Positions 12,131 to 24,652 of a stretch of 64,000 nt of DNA are shown piece after piece; position 1 is the stretch's first letter, and each line of letters begins with the position of its first letter. The notes beneath the pieces were generated by a model. That model saw nothing but the letters and a program-made list of their open reading frames with translations. It ran no database searches and was not told the origin of the DNA. The position numbers were made by a program, and so were the translations under genes. Source of the stretch: Squalus acanthias. Lineage: Eukaryota. The stretch lies in contig CM059433.1 in NCBI GenBank assembly GCA_030390025.1, positions 22,446,001-22,510,000 on the forward strand, in the 5' to 3' direction.

Positions 12131-13669
12131 GACTGGGAGCAAGTGGTGTACTCAGAGGCCTTCCAGTAGCAGATAATGTCTTCCCAACGTCTAGAAGTAC
12201 TCCCTGCACACTTTACCAACGTTATAAATGTCTTCCAGCAACCCAGTATAATACAAACTCTGCAAAAGCCAGTCCAAGAGAAATAATCAACTTATCTGCA
12301 AGTTGGATTTCCCTTTAAATAGCGCTGGTGAGGAGTCCCTTGTGAAGCTGAACGCATGTTCAGCTGTGCGTGTTTAGGAGAGGGCGTTGAATGGCGCGGC
12401 GACGTCCAAAATGGCAGTTTCACGCTGACTGACGTCACAATCTGCCTACTCTGCATACTGCTGGCGTACGCATGTCCCGCCAGAGCTACCGCTCTCACCA
12501 ATATGGCGAACAACCTGGGCCCCACCGGAAGTGGATGGAAACGAGGCGGAGACCCTTTTTTTTTTCAAAACCGGCCTGAACTACTGGCGCTAAGGTGCCA
12601 AATTTCTTGGCCTTGGTTTCCTGAATTTAGGGTGTGAACACCAATGTACCCCATCTTGTGCAAAGAATTGCATTGGGCATGAGTAATGAGATAGATACAG
12701 TATTTGTATCAGTATTGTATGCGATTAAAACCAAGAGTAACTGAGATTAAAAATTTTGAATTGCGAGATTAATGGCGATTAATTGTTTTAGTCACTTGTC
12801 AGTCCTAGATTTTAGAGATTTCTGAGTGGGATGTCAGCACTGAGTGTGAAAAGATTGTTCTTCTAAGTAGGTCCTGGATCATTTTCTCTTCTCCACTCCT
12901 TCAAAGTGTTGATTTTTGGCACTTTAATAAGTATTCGTCCAGCACTTTTTTAGCACGAGTCAACTCCAAGGTATTAATTTGCTCGTGGTTACATAAAAAA
13001 ATTGACAAAACTCACACCGATTAAATGAAATTAAATTTTTAAATCTTTCTCGACAGGCTTTTTTGGCAAGTAATCAGACTGCAATTGTCCGATGACAAGT
13101 CAATTCAGTCCTTCAGCCTCTGCACTATTCATTCTGCATCACTAACTCTACTGATTGAATTTACTTTGAGGAGTCCTTGGTATAAACAGATTTCAAATCC
13201 ATAGCTCAGGGCTTTGTCCTCAGGTACCAAAATGCTGAACGTAATTGATTCAGCTGGTAAGTCAGGGAGTTAATGCACTTCAATTCAAAAATTGCCTTAA
13301 TTTTATATACTTTGTGTGAAGACACAACATTTTTATTTGTGCCAGTTACAAACGCAAATGCGTTTTAATTAAAGAATGAAAGAAATAGTTTCTGGCTGTA
13401 CTTTTTATTCAAAGTACCCGTATTTTATAAAAGAAAATAACAGCAGGTTTTTTTGGCATTAAGGTTTTCCAGCCGAAAGCACAGTTCCCCAGATGGCTCT
13501 TCAGCTGCTTCGAAGCCAAAGTCCCATTGTTATCTATTGAGCTGATCCACGACACTCCCCAATAATTATGTCACTTGCAGCGATGTGGCAATGAAGGAGA
13601 CCCAATTTCAAGCCGCTAACAAACCTGAAGATTTTTACTAAGTTGCAAAAAAAAACTGCTCAAACTATC

Positions 13670-14462
13670 TGGCCAGATTTTGCTGTAGCAGGACATCGAA
13701 CGGTGTCTGCCGTTAGTTAGACTGGCCCCTGCGCCCTTCAGCTCAAAACAATCTTGCCCACAAATTTTCTGAAGATGTGAGCAGCTAACGGCGTAGCGAG
13801 GGAACCAGGGCACCTGGGACCTTGGTGAGCAGAGCAACCAACAGGGTATCTCCTGAACCAATGAGATTCAAAGTTTGAGAAATAAGCAGAGGAAGGACTG
13901 AGAAGGAGGGCGAATTAGAGTGCGTGAATTCAATGTCCAATCAGGTACAGGAAGAGAAATAAAAGAGAGGGAAAGAAAGGTTGGATTATGAGAGAGCGAG
14001 AAAAAAGAGACAGAAAGGAAAAGTAAGAAAAATTACTTCAAAATCTAAAATTTGCCTTTTTTTAAATCTCCCCGAATAATTCAAAACCTGAAGGAATGAG
14101 ACTCCACACTTATAATAGTTGATTTTCGGTGCATGATTGGCAGTCATTAACACTTATCACGTTGTTAAAAGGGGTACTTGCGCTACTAATTACCAGCCCT
14201 AAATATCTGCCGCAGCTTTAGTTCATATCTAGCGCCCAAATACAGCAACTTCACAACATTGAATGCATGTCAATGGTGAGGCAGTCAGCGAAATGCCATT
14301 TTTGTAAAACTACCAGTGGAGCGGTGCAACTCGGACAGCAACTTCTGGATATTGGCGTTTAACCGTGCATCTGCTCCTTGCCTGAAGCTGCCGTACCATT
14401 TACTCATAAATAACGGTGAGCGGCGTTAACCTCACTGTTAGTTTGACAGCAAAACCTGGTCC
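13670..14462. mobile_element. Harbinger-type MITE with GA-rich core
   Basis: TIR TGGCCAGATTTTGCTGT / ACAGCAAAACCTGGTCC; related to 14913-15771. Confidence 0.7.
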
Positions 14463-14912
14463 ATAATCTTCTTCTGTAATATAGAGGAGCATTTTGAACA
14501 GGAAGTGCAGCCCTCGACTTTCCTTCCCTTTTAGCAGAACAAAATAGTTTTGTGCTTGAAACGCCAGTAGGGTTTCTTTTCAATTGGTTCAGTGTTATTG
14601 ATGATGTCTTTTTTGATTAATGTTAACCTTATTGAATTATTTACAATATAGGTCTGTCAGACACATTCAACTGTTACATTGTACAGAACAATTATAGATT
14701 CAGAACACATATCTCTTCAGCTTCTCATTGGTTCTATTGTGTTTTTAGAATTGATTTTCACTGCATTCTGGCCATTGACTATTTTCAGAATTGTTAAAAT
14801 ACTCGCTGAAATTTCACCCATTGAAACATCTGCCCTGAAATACCAATAACGTGAAGTGAGACAAGACAAGTGTTGCAGGTTGTAGTGCACTATCTCTAGC
14901 TGCAATGACAAT

Positions 14913-15771
14913 GGCCCAGAATTGGCTGGAGCAGGGCATGTTGCAGCGTGCCCTGTGAGTTAGACTTTTCCCTCACCCTACAGCTGGGAAAATATCTGCC
15001 CTGTAAGTTGCTGGAAGTGCGAGCTGATAATGACGAGGGCAACAGGCATCTGGGACCTCGGTGAATGAATCAACTAACAGTCTATCTCCTTAACCAATGA
15101 GATTTATGGATTGAGAAAGAAACAGAGGAAGTAATGAGAAGGAGGGTAAATTAGCGTCAAATCAGGTACAGAAAGCGAAATAGTATCATAGAATCATAGA
15201 AAGGTTACAGCACAGAAGAAGTCCATTTGGCCCGTCAAGCCTGTGCTGACTCTCTGCAAGAGCACTTCAGCTCTTAAATAAAGAGAGGGAAAGAAAGATT
15301 GGATTGAGAGAGAGAGAGGGAGAAAAGGGACAGAAAGGAAAAGTAAGAAAAACATTTAAAAAATTCTAATTTTAAAAATTTCTAAGAACAATTTACTACC
15401 TGTAAGAATGAGATTCCACAGTTTAAATTGTTCCCTTTGTGGGAAAGATAGGTTGATTGGCATTGCAGGAACGTAATACTCCTCATTAAAAAGATACTTA
15501 CACTATTAAGTACTGGCCCTAACTTTCTGTGGCGAGTTTAATTTACAATTAATGAGCAAATGCCGCAACTCCACAAAACTCGCGGGAAGCTTGATGATGA
15601 GCTGCCGTTTTAGCGAGGCCAATGGCAGAGCAGCGCAAAACGTCCAGCACCTTATGTCAATTAGCAATTCACGGGGCAACTCCTCCTCACCACAAGTTGC
15701 TGGACGATTTACTAATTAATAACGGTGAGTGTCATTAAACTTGCCATTATTTTGGCAGCACATTCTGGGCC
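14913..15771. mobile_element. Harbinger-type MITE with a CR1 3'-tail insert (~15183-15275)
   Basis: TIR GGCCCAGAAT / ATTCTGGGCC; TSD AAT/AAT. Confidence 0.8.
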
Positions 15772-15789
15772 AATGTTTCAAGAAAAGAT

Positions 15790-16165
15790 AGAACTTGCAT
15801 TTATATAGTGCCTTTCACAAGCTCAGGACCCCAAAGTGTCTTACAGCTAATAAAGTGCTTTTGTAGTGTAGTAACTGCTTTAATGTAGGGAAGCATGGTT
15901 GCCAATTTGTGCTCAGTGAGGTCCCACAAACAGCAATGAGGTAAACTGAAAAGATATACGGTTTTGGTGATTTGGTTGAAAGCTAAATATCTGCCAGGAC
16001 ACTGGGAGAACTCCCCTGTTATTCTTTGAATAGTGCCATGTAATCTTTTACGTCTGCCTAGGATTAACGTCTCATCCAAAAGATGGTGCCTGCGACAGTG
16101 CAGCATTCCTGCAGTACTGCACTGGCATGTCAGCCTAGATTATAGACTCAAGGCTCAGGAGTGAG
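15790..16165 (-). mobile_element. Deu-domain SINE
   Basis: Reverse complement of GGCACTATT..GGGGAGTTCTCCCAGTGTCCTGGC..CTATATAAATGCAAG. Confidence 0.8.
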
Positions 16166-16749
16166 GCGTGGCTGAAATTCAAGTTAACATGAGGCTGGAG
16201 CTGGAATATAGAATGGCCAAATGGAGAACAGTCAGAAAGCACAGCAGCTTTTAGCTGTGACACATTTCTTGGGCTTTATCTATACACACTCACACTTACA
16301 AATGATTCTGGATTCACGAGCGTTGTATTTCTGCTAAAGTGCCTTGCATGTAATTTTACCAGGTCTGTACAGTAGATGTGGATGCTGATGTGATTGGTGA
16401 TGATAGAAACTCTATTGATGGATACTGAACCAACCTTTTGTTATCAAATCACTGCAGATGGGAAAAACAAATCACCAATATTTACTCTTTAGTTAAATGG
16501 AAACGTCGAATAGCATTACTTAGGAACATAAGAGCAGGAGTAGGCCATTCAGCCCCTCGAACCTGTTCTGCTCTTCATTTATTTCTTTTAAACTTAAAAT
16601 TAATACTGTTATCTTCATTTCTTGGCTTCCTTCATATCTATTTGCAGGTATTCGCAGGTACCATCTTTTGGATGAGACAGAAATCCAAGGCAGACGTAAA
16701 AGATTACATGGCACTATTCGAAGAATAACAGGGGAGTTCTCCCAGTGTC

Positions 16750-16982
16750 ATAGAAACATAGAAACATAGAATCTAGGAGCAGGAGTAGGCCATTCGGCCC
16801 GTCGAGCCTGCTCCACCATTCAATACGATCATGGCTGATCATCCAAGTCCAGTACCCTGTCCCTGCTTTAATCCCCACAGTACACATATCCCACCCTACC
16901 CCCGTAACCCCACGTATTTAATTCCCCCCTAACACTAAGGGTCAATTTATCATAGCCAAATCAACCTAACCCGCACATTTTT
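16750..16982 (-). mobile_element. HE1-like (V-SINE) 3' portion with CR1-type tail
   Basis: (CATAGAAA)n tail, GGAGTAGGCCATTCGGCCC, CAATTTATCATAGCCAAATCAACCTAACCCGCACAT. Confidence 0.6.
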
Positions 16983-16999
16983 GTCCTGGCAGATATTTA

Positions 17000-18350
17000 G
17001 GGGGCGAATTTCCCATTGGAGGTGGGTTGGAGGCGGGTTTCGGTTTGGATGGGTTCCAAACCCGCCTCCACTGAGAGGTGGGAAAAATTTGCGATTTTCC
17101 CCTAATTGGCCAGTTGATTTCAGAAGTGTGGGTTCCCCTGGGCCAATTAATGTTTTGGGACTGAAACTCGCCTCTGCTGACATCACTTATCTAGCTTCAT
17201 TTAAAGGCTGCTTGCTGCCTTGGCTCATTCCACTGGTTTTTGGTCGATGCTGCACCACCTCCAAGCTGTTATCTCCTTCAAGAATGGCCAGCTCCAAGGC
17301 AAGGGCTCCCCGAGGTTCTCGGATGAGGGGCTGGGTATGCTGGTTGAGGGGGAGGAAGAGGCCTCCCAAAGAAACCAAGGCTGTGTGGGTCCAGCTGGCA
17401 AGGGATATAACCTCCAGATCTGTGTGCAGATTGGGTGATTGCTTCTGTTTATTGATACTATCCCTGTGTGATGGCAAACTGTTGTTATTTCGGCTTCGGC
17501 AGCTCCACATTGCGGGCTCCGCGACACTTGCGTGGTCAGGTTGGTGGTCAGAGTGAAAGGAGGCCAGAGAGTCATGTCCATTGTCTATCATGTGTTAAGA
17601 AGGAGCCAAGCACATGTGCCACAATGGGCAACCTATGCAAATCTGGCCAGGATGAGTGCATTCCTTGCACAACGTGCTTCCATGTGCTGGCACCTTCTGC
17701 CCTGTGCAGCATCGGGTGGGTGAGCAGGAGGTTGTTGCTCCTGCTGCTGTTGCTGCTGAGCTGCCTGGTTCTGCTGCTGCCGTGGCTGCTCCTCATCCGA
17801 ATCTGAGGTCCATGGTGAAAGGAAATAAATGGTTCCCATGCTGCTGGCAGACACCTCCGTTGGGGAAGCGCTCAGTCCAAGCGGGGAGAGGGTCTTCCAA
17901 GGAGGTCCCACAGTTGAGAGATTGAAGCTGCAGCACCTCCGACTTCGGTAGGCCTGCAAAAAGTGCTGAAGACCTTTGGAACAAAAGTTCTGCCACCTGC
18001 AACTACTCCCTGATGAAAGCTCCGCTTTAATGGTGGAGCTGCAGCTGTGAGGAAGCCACCCACTTGTCAACCCGCCAGGTTTAGGAGGGTCATGCAACAT
18101 GCTGAAAATGTGGTAAAATAACGAAGGCCTGTCAAAATAGGATTATAGAGGCCCTTAACGACTATTTAAGGGTCTTAACTACCTCTCCCGACTGATGGAG
18201 GCGGGACCGAATCGCACCCATCAAACCCGCCTCCGGCAAAATTGCACAGAGGCGGGTTGGAGGCGGGTTCCGAACCCGCCCTCAGTTTTGTCATTTTGCC
18301 AACTGTCCCGCCTCCAAACCCGCCTCCTCGGGGCTGGGAAAATCGTCCCC
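17000..18350. mobile_element. Internally deleted Harbinger element
   Basis: TIR GGGGGCGAATTTCCC / GGGAAAATCGTCCCC; TSD TTA/TTA; Myb relic MASSKARAPRFSDEGLGMLVEG at ~17283 (+); repeated GGAGGCGGG subterminal motifs. Confidence 0.85.
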
Positions 18351-19070
18351 TTAGCCTTCAACCAAATCACTAAAACCGTATATCTTTTCAGTTTATCTCG
18401 TTGCTTTTGTGGGACCTCGCTGAGCACAAATTGGCGGCCATGTTTCCCTACATTAAAGCAGTTACTACACTACAAAAGCACTTTATGTAGCATTGGGGAA
18501 CAGATAGGGTGGAATAATGTAGGCTGAATGGACCTGCACATCTGTTCCACAGCATTGCTATCCATGGTTATTGGTGCTTCCACACCAGAAAGCACAGAAA
18601 TAATTGGGCATGGGGAAGAAAATAGACTCCTGTTAAACAACAGAACCTTTGTTTTTGACATTATGGTTTATAAATTTCTGGACTGTTCAGGCCAGAACTT
18701 CTCTTCATCCATATTTAATGAGGAGTTGTTATAAAGATACAAAGGTGATAGTTGATTGGTGTATAACCACGAGCTTGATAAAGAAGAAGCAAAGCACAAC
18801 CATCACAGATGCCCATCTTCCGCTGTACCTTCATGTCACCACAACACAGCAATATACATCTACTTCTGGCATCTTGGGTACAAGAGGAAGTGCCATTTCT
18901 CCCACTAACTAGAGGTTCACTTGAACTCCAGACTCCAGGCTTATGAACATTTCCAGTAAAGGGACCTGCAATTAAACTAATTGAACAACCCCAGCAGTAG
19001 AATAAACTGATCACAATGTGAGGCACTCAAAAATTAACGGAGGAATACTGAACTTTATTCAAAAAATAAA

Positions 19071-19814
19071 GGGCCAAAAATTCATCCCGCGACGCGAGAG
19101 TACGCACTGCGTACTCTCGCGTATTCTCTCTCCAATTGCCGGTTTTCTGCATGCCCTGCGCATGCGCTGAAAACCGGCACTTGGTCTTTTGAAAAGGGGG
19201 CGGTTCCTCGGTGCATCGCGTGCGCGCTACAGGCTGCGCGCACGCTGTGCACTTCATGCTTTGGACGCGCAGGTAAGTACGGAAGATTTTAGAAATGGAA
19301 AAAGGAGGAGTAAGACCCACTTTTAACAAGGTAAGTAGTGAATTAAGTATTTTTTTGAATTTTTTTTAACAGGTATATCTTTTTTAGAGACTTTAAAGAC
19401 AGGTAAGTTTATTTTTATAACTTTTTAAAAGATTTTAAATTTTTTCAAAAATTTAATTTTTTATTTAAAATGGTTAATTTATTTAACTATACTTATTTTA
19501 TTAATGTGATGGTTTTTTTTTTAAATTTAATTGAGGTTTAGCTGTTATTTTGGGGGGGTGTAAGATTCATAGATTTCACAGCACGTATGTGAAACTTATG
19601 AATGGAAGATGGTGTGCTGCCATTGGCTCTAACTGAGTCACGTGATCCCACAGCTCGCACGAATTCACTACGCCGGTGGGATACGCAAGCACTGCCCAGC
19701 TGATGTCTGGAACATCAAGTTCGTGCGAGCTGGATCTGAAAAAGCACAAGCGGAGTGAGAGATCGCGGGGAAGCCTTACCCCCGCGGGAACAGAGCGAGA
19801 TCAATTTCTGGGCC
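19071..19814 (+). mobile_element. Harbinger-type MITE, divergent subfamily of 4486/9686
   Basis: TIR GGGCCAAAAATT / AATTTCTGGGCC; AAA on both flanks; same motif order in reverse orientation. Confidence 0.85.
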
Positions 19815-21699
19815 AAAATCTGAAGGGCCGATTCCAAGATGAGGTCCTCCCCACGAGCACTGCTTGGAAAATCGTAAGTCCACAACCCCTAATTGATCAT
19901 CTTTTTAAATTAATAGATGGAAAACCAGGGCCTATGGGCCTGCGATTTCCCTAACAGCACTCTTCAGCGTGTGTGCCTCAATCAGCCCTTACATATACAA
20001 AGGCCCAGCAAAAAACACCATTTAGCAAGTAGGATGACAGCGAATGAGTATTTTTCTAAGGATGTTGAGTCAAGCTTTAGGCGTTCTGAAATACAATTTG
20101 TAACTGTGCTGCAGTGTCTTAAAGTTACCAGCATTGGCTTATTTAAAACACATCTGCAGGGAAGATTTCCTCTGTGTAGTATGCGTAACAAAGTCATGAA
20201 GTCATTTATAATGAATATGTTTATGAGCTGCATACACAGAGCACGCAAGAAATCCATCTCCCATGGTGTTTTTATATTACACTTTTATTTTGCTGAAAAA
20301 TAAATTATCCAACTTTAAAAAAATCTAAATTCAAAACAAAAATGCAAAACTTCAATATAATTTGATCAGGCCGCTCTGTAGCAGCTGCTACCAGAGTTAA
20401 ACATCAACATATTTAACTATGCTGTACTTCAGGCTTAGGAACTGAGGACTGACCGGCACTACAGACCGCAGCACACGCAGTGCATTGCGGGTAGTTGCCG
20501 TTGAACCATTGCCGACTACAATTACATAGCTCACAGCAGAATGAACTGACTTTTCAACATTTATATCAGTTAAGTAGCTCATTAGCTGGTTGAGAAATGT
20601 TAAAGGATAATTGTTACAGGTGGACCATGGTGTCTTTGTTTTTTCTTGATGTGAACAAAATCACATTCTCAAGAATCACACGTTTATGGATATGCATTTA
20701 TCATAATATGCATTTATAAAAATTTGCATTTTTCCAATTCATTAAACTCAACAAAAACAGGCACTTTACCAGTTTCTGTAAAAATAGGAATTTTGGGTCC
20801 TTGATACTTTCCAATTTTTTCCCTTCATTTTGAAGGAACAGTCATTTCAATCATAGCGTAATATATTCAAATCCACAGCAATAACCTACAAAGCTAAACA
20901 GTCCTAACAAAATATCATTCAAACATAATTCAAATGTCATTGTTCCCTATTCACCACAATTGGTTTGTTTTGAGTTGCTGACCCATTGGCCAATTAAATT
21001 ACTTTACCTGGTGCGTCAAACACTCATTTTTAGAGTACAACCATTTAAATAAAATTGCAGTTTATTGAAAAAAAAGTATGGAAAATAAAAATACATGATT
21101 AATGCATTCAGTTTTATGAAATGTTCCCTTTTGGTTCCTGCTGTTTTAAGCATAGGTCATGTTGTTTGCATGCATAACTTTTAAACTATTAATTATTGTA
21201 CTTGTTTTTTACAAGCTGCCACCTCGAGCCTCCCTACTGCTTAGACACATGTTTATTTCACAAACCTAAATGCTAATTTCTTTGCATTCTGTCATTTCAA
21301 AGCCTAATTTCCAGTCTAACCTTTTAAAAGTAGATTGGTGTGTGAATTATTATAGCTGAGGCCAGAATTTCTCATTATCAAATGATTCCAACCTTTACAG
21401 ATGAAAAGGGGGGTGGGGGGGAGAGGAAACATTCGCACTCATTGAAACTACACACTGCTAATGTACAGTTATATCGTAATAAGATGATATGGAGCTGTAT
21501 GGGTACATTGATATGCTGTCTGTATGGTTGAAAATTGCAAAGTGGTAAAGAACAATTAGGTTATGCACTGCTCCCTAATCCTTCAAAATTTGAATAAATA
21601 ACATGATGCCAACTTGCTTTAGTCCTGCAATAATATATATTTTCTGGGGACATCACAGAACAGTATAGCACTAAGAACTAAGTATAGCAGGCTTCAAAC

Positions 21700-22960
21700 C
21701 CACTGCAATAGCACAGACCTGACCCCACCAAATCTTCCAGGATCAGGCCTCATTGCAGAAGCAGAGTACTCCAGCAAGTGGTCACTGTTTGAGGGAAGGG
21801 ATTTAAAGACACGCAGCAGCAGATTACAGAAGATAGCACTTTGGTGGTGAAATTTCTCTGAACTTAACAAAGGATTGGAACAACGGAACAGAGCTATACA
21901 AAAGCTCCCAGAGTTCCTGCTACATCGGTAGAGCTGCATATAATTGAAGTGCAGCAGAGGAGGGTAGTTCTTTGTTGGTATTGTAGAGCACCGTTCCCAC
22001 AGGAAAACTATATACAGTGAACGCACAAAGGCTTTTGTGCACTGCAATCTACCCAGGAGCATGAGGGAACACCAGGGACAGAGGAGCCTCCAGTGACAGA
22101 GGTTGTAGATACAGTCAACTATCTCTCATTGATGTTCAGACCACCGCTACAGGGGCCTTGGAATTCAAGATGCAGCAGGCTACCTTGTCTGTTTTCAACA
22201 AACTAGGGGATCAGATGGGGCGAGCCATTATGCAGGAATTCACTGCCCTGATTGCTGCCCAGCAATCTGCTCTCAGGCAGATCACTGAGCCTGCTGAGGC
22301 AGAGCCCAGCAGCAGAGGTAGTTTTGCCAACCCTCCAGGATTGCCATGGAGTCTCCAGCAATTAAAGATTAATCTCCTGGACACTGGCTGCGAGCAACCC
22401 TGGAGAAAAATCATCGGGGCATTAAAAAAAATTGTGTGTTTTCTTTTTCATTTTCTTTGAACGCATTTTTTTATTAGTTATTAAAATATATTGGAGATGG
22501 AAAAAAAGGCTGTTTGACTGGCTCGGGTGGCTGGGGGCCTTAGGTCATGTGAGCAAACCTCCAGGACTACATCTAACCAGAGTTGACAGCGTTAAGCAGA
22601 GGCATGGTGGAAGCAGGCACAGATGAGGCTGCTGCATCTCAGAGTGATGGCACAGGTGGACCCCTCCCCACCCCGCCCACATGACAGAAGGAGTGGCAGA
22701 ACGTGGGTAAGGCCAGGCAGCCACCTCCACAACTGATGTGACGGAGATTGTTGCTAGGACATCTCATGACCCAGCGTGTGGAAGTAGAAGGTCACCTTGA
22801 TCTCAAGAAGCTTTCAGATGATAGCAACCTGCTGGCCTCCTTGTTTATGCCTGCCACTGGGAGAATATCTAGAAAAAGCGTGAGAGCAGGAACTCCACAA
22901 CGTAGAGCATACACTATCACCAAAGGGAGACCCTGGTGTAAAACACACTGAGCACTTGGA
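21700..22960. mobile_element. Old Harbinger relic
   Basis: Myb-like KAPRVPATSVELHIIEVQQRRVVL at ~21900 (+); boundaries uncertain. Confidence 0.45.
22319..22594. mobile_element. hAT MITE
   Basis: Perfect 8-bp TSD AGCAGAGG (22311-22318 and 22595-22602); degenerate TAGGGTTGCCAAC-type TIRs. Confidence 0.85.
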
Positions 22961-23759
22961 GGGGAATTAATCACGTTTAACTTATCTCCACTTTGTCCAG
23001 TGAACGTTTTACTAGTGCTGCAGATTTAAGTGCCAAGAAATGCTTTCTTTCATCTTGTACCAATTTCAGAGTGATATACGGCGATTTGACACTTTGCAAG
23101 CAAGCTCCAGTTTTAAGGTTATAGTGACTTGCCAAAGAGAACAGTTTCCAGTTAGATACCTCGGTGCACCTTGCAGTGGAATGAATGGTGGTATTCTGGA
23201 ATCCACTTGACTGATCCCACCTTCTTTAAAGGTCTTTCTGTTGTGCTGAGCATTCGGAAGTATTTCTCTGCTGTCAGTTTCTCTGTGATATCGGTAACAG
23301 CAATTTGGCTACTTGTCCCTTAACACAATTATCTGCTGCCTACTCTGATCTGGGAAAACACAGGAAATGTTTATTTAAATAATATTGAAAAACATAGGCA
23401 AAATACATGGTAAACATTGTGACTAAAAAAAGCCTGTGTCCCATTAATGAATGCACAAAATACCACCCATTGCTGCTGCCAGCAAACACTGGGATGTTTG
23501 GCCCGGCATTGGGAGCTCTTTATTAGTATGTTACATTCAAGCTAAATGAGCCTATGAATGATATGATTTCAAGAAGCATGACTGAAAAACACAAGCTTAC
23601 AGCCCAAGTGCAAAATTGAAACTGGCGAGTTAATAGTGGGTTAATTTGCTCAACGTAAGCTCGAGGAACAGCACCTCATCTTTCGATTAGGCACTTTACA
23701 GTCTTCTGGACTCAACATCGAGTTCAACAATTTCAGACCATAACCTTGGCCCCTATTTT

Positions 23760-24036
23760 TTTTTTCACTCACATGGCAGCTGTTGATGATTCTGCCATTC
23801 CCATTTACACCTCATCTAGACTCATCTTTTGTTTCTTAACGTTCCATTACCATCTCCTTTTGCCTGCACCATCATCCCTTTTGTCTTTTAATCTCTCCTG
23901 TCTTCCATCCTATCACATACCTTCCCTTTTGTTCTTTCCTCCCCGCCTCCCTTTCCCTGCCCCTACATGTGCTTAAAAATCTGTTACATCTCTAACTTTT
24001 TCCAGTTCTGACGAAAGGTCTCAGACCTGAAACATA
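23760..24036 (+). mobile_element. Penelope-like element terminal fragment
   Basis: CT-rich tract ending in the hammerhead core CTGACGA-AAGGTC-TCA-GACCT-GAAAC. Confidence 0.6.
24004..24036 (+). ncRNA. Minimal type I hammerhead ribozyme, disrupted
   Basis: AGTT-CTGACGA, stem II AGGTC/GACCT, GAAAC; 3' strand lost to an insertion. Confidence 0.55.
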
Positions 24037-24652
24037 GGACTGGATTTTGCCAGCCCTGGGGAGGCGGGTTTGGAGGCGAGACTGCTGGGAAAATGGCATA
24101 ATTTGGGGGTGGGTGCCCAACCCGCCCCCAACCCACCTCCGTGCCATATTGCCAGGAGGCAGGTAGCCATCCCGCGCCGGGTCCCATCTCCTTGGAGGCA
24201 GGAAGGGATTACAGCCACTTAACTGCCTGTTAACAGGTAGTTAACAGGCAGATAAGAGGATTATCCCCATTTTGCCCACACAAGTGCGGGCTTCCCGAAG
24301 GCTGCGAACCCTGCCAGGGTCACCGAGGTGAGCAGTGGGTCTGCGGGGGTCGGACGGGTGCAAAAGTGTGCTGTGAAGGTAAGTGATAGATGCAAGTGTG
24401 GAGAGGTGAGTATGTGAGGTAAGTTGAAAGTGTTAGAAAAAGTTTACTTACCTTTGTTTCTTCCTGCAGGCTTCAAGAGTTGGGTATGCGGAGAGTCTCG
24501 CACATCCGTGGCAGAGATGACAGATGGTCATTGCTTACTCCAATGCAGCAACCATCTAATTTCTGCAAAGAAAGAAATCATCAAACTACAGAGAATGTCA
24601 GTGTTTGACAGATTCACAGAGCTGTCAAACAATGACAATTCATCTGTCAAAA
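24037..24652 (-). mobile_element. Harbinger-type MITE, truncated copy of 38100-38807
   Basis: TIR GGACTGGATTTTGCC; reverse complement of ~38228-38807. Confidence 0.85.

Larger units (their letters stand above)
9159..12612. mobile_element. Decayed autonomous PIF/Harbinger transposon with a nested MITE
   Basis: Ends GGGGGCTAAATTCG / CAAATTTCTTGGCC with TTG on both flanks; convergent Myb-like and DDE genes. Confidence 0.85.
16652..18486 (+). mobile_element. Deu-domain SINE interrupted by an HE1-like SINE and a Harbinger element
   Basis: Pieces 16652-16749, 16982-16999 and 18354-18486 rejoin into a continuous SINE body. Confidence 0.8.

Noticed and set aside
22990..23350. Minus-strand acceptor (TTTTCCCAG) suggesting a coding exon
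   Set aside because: All three frames stop quickly and no product is recognisable
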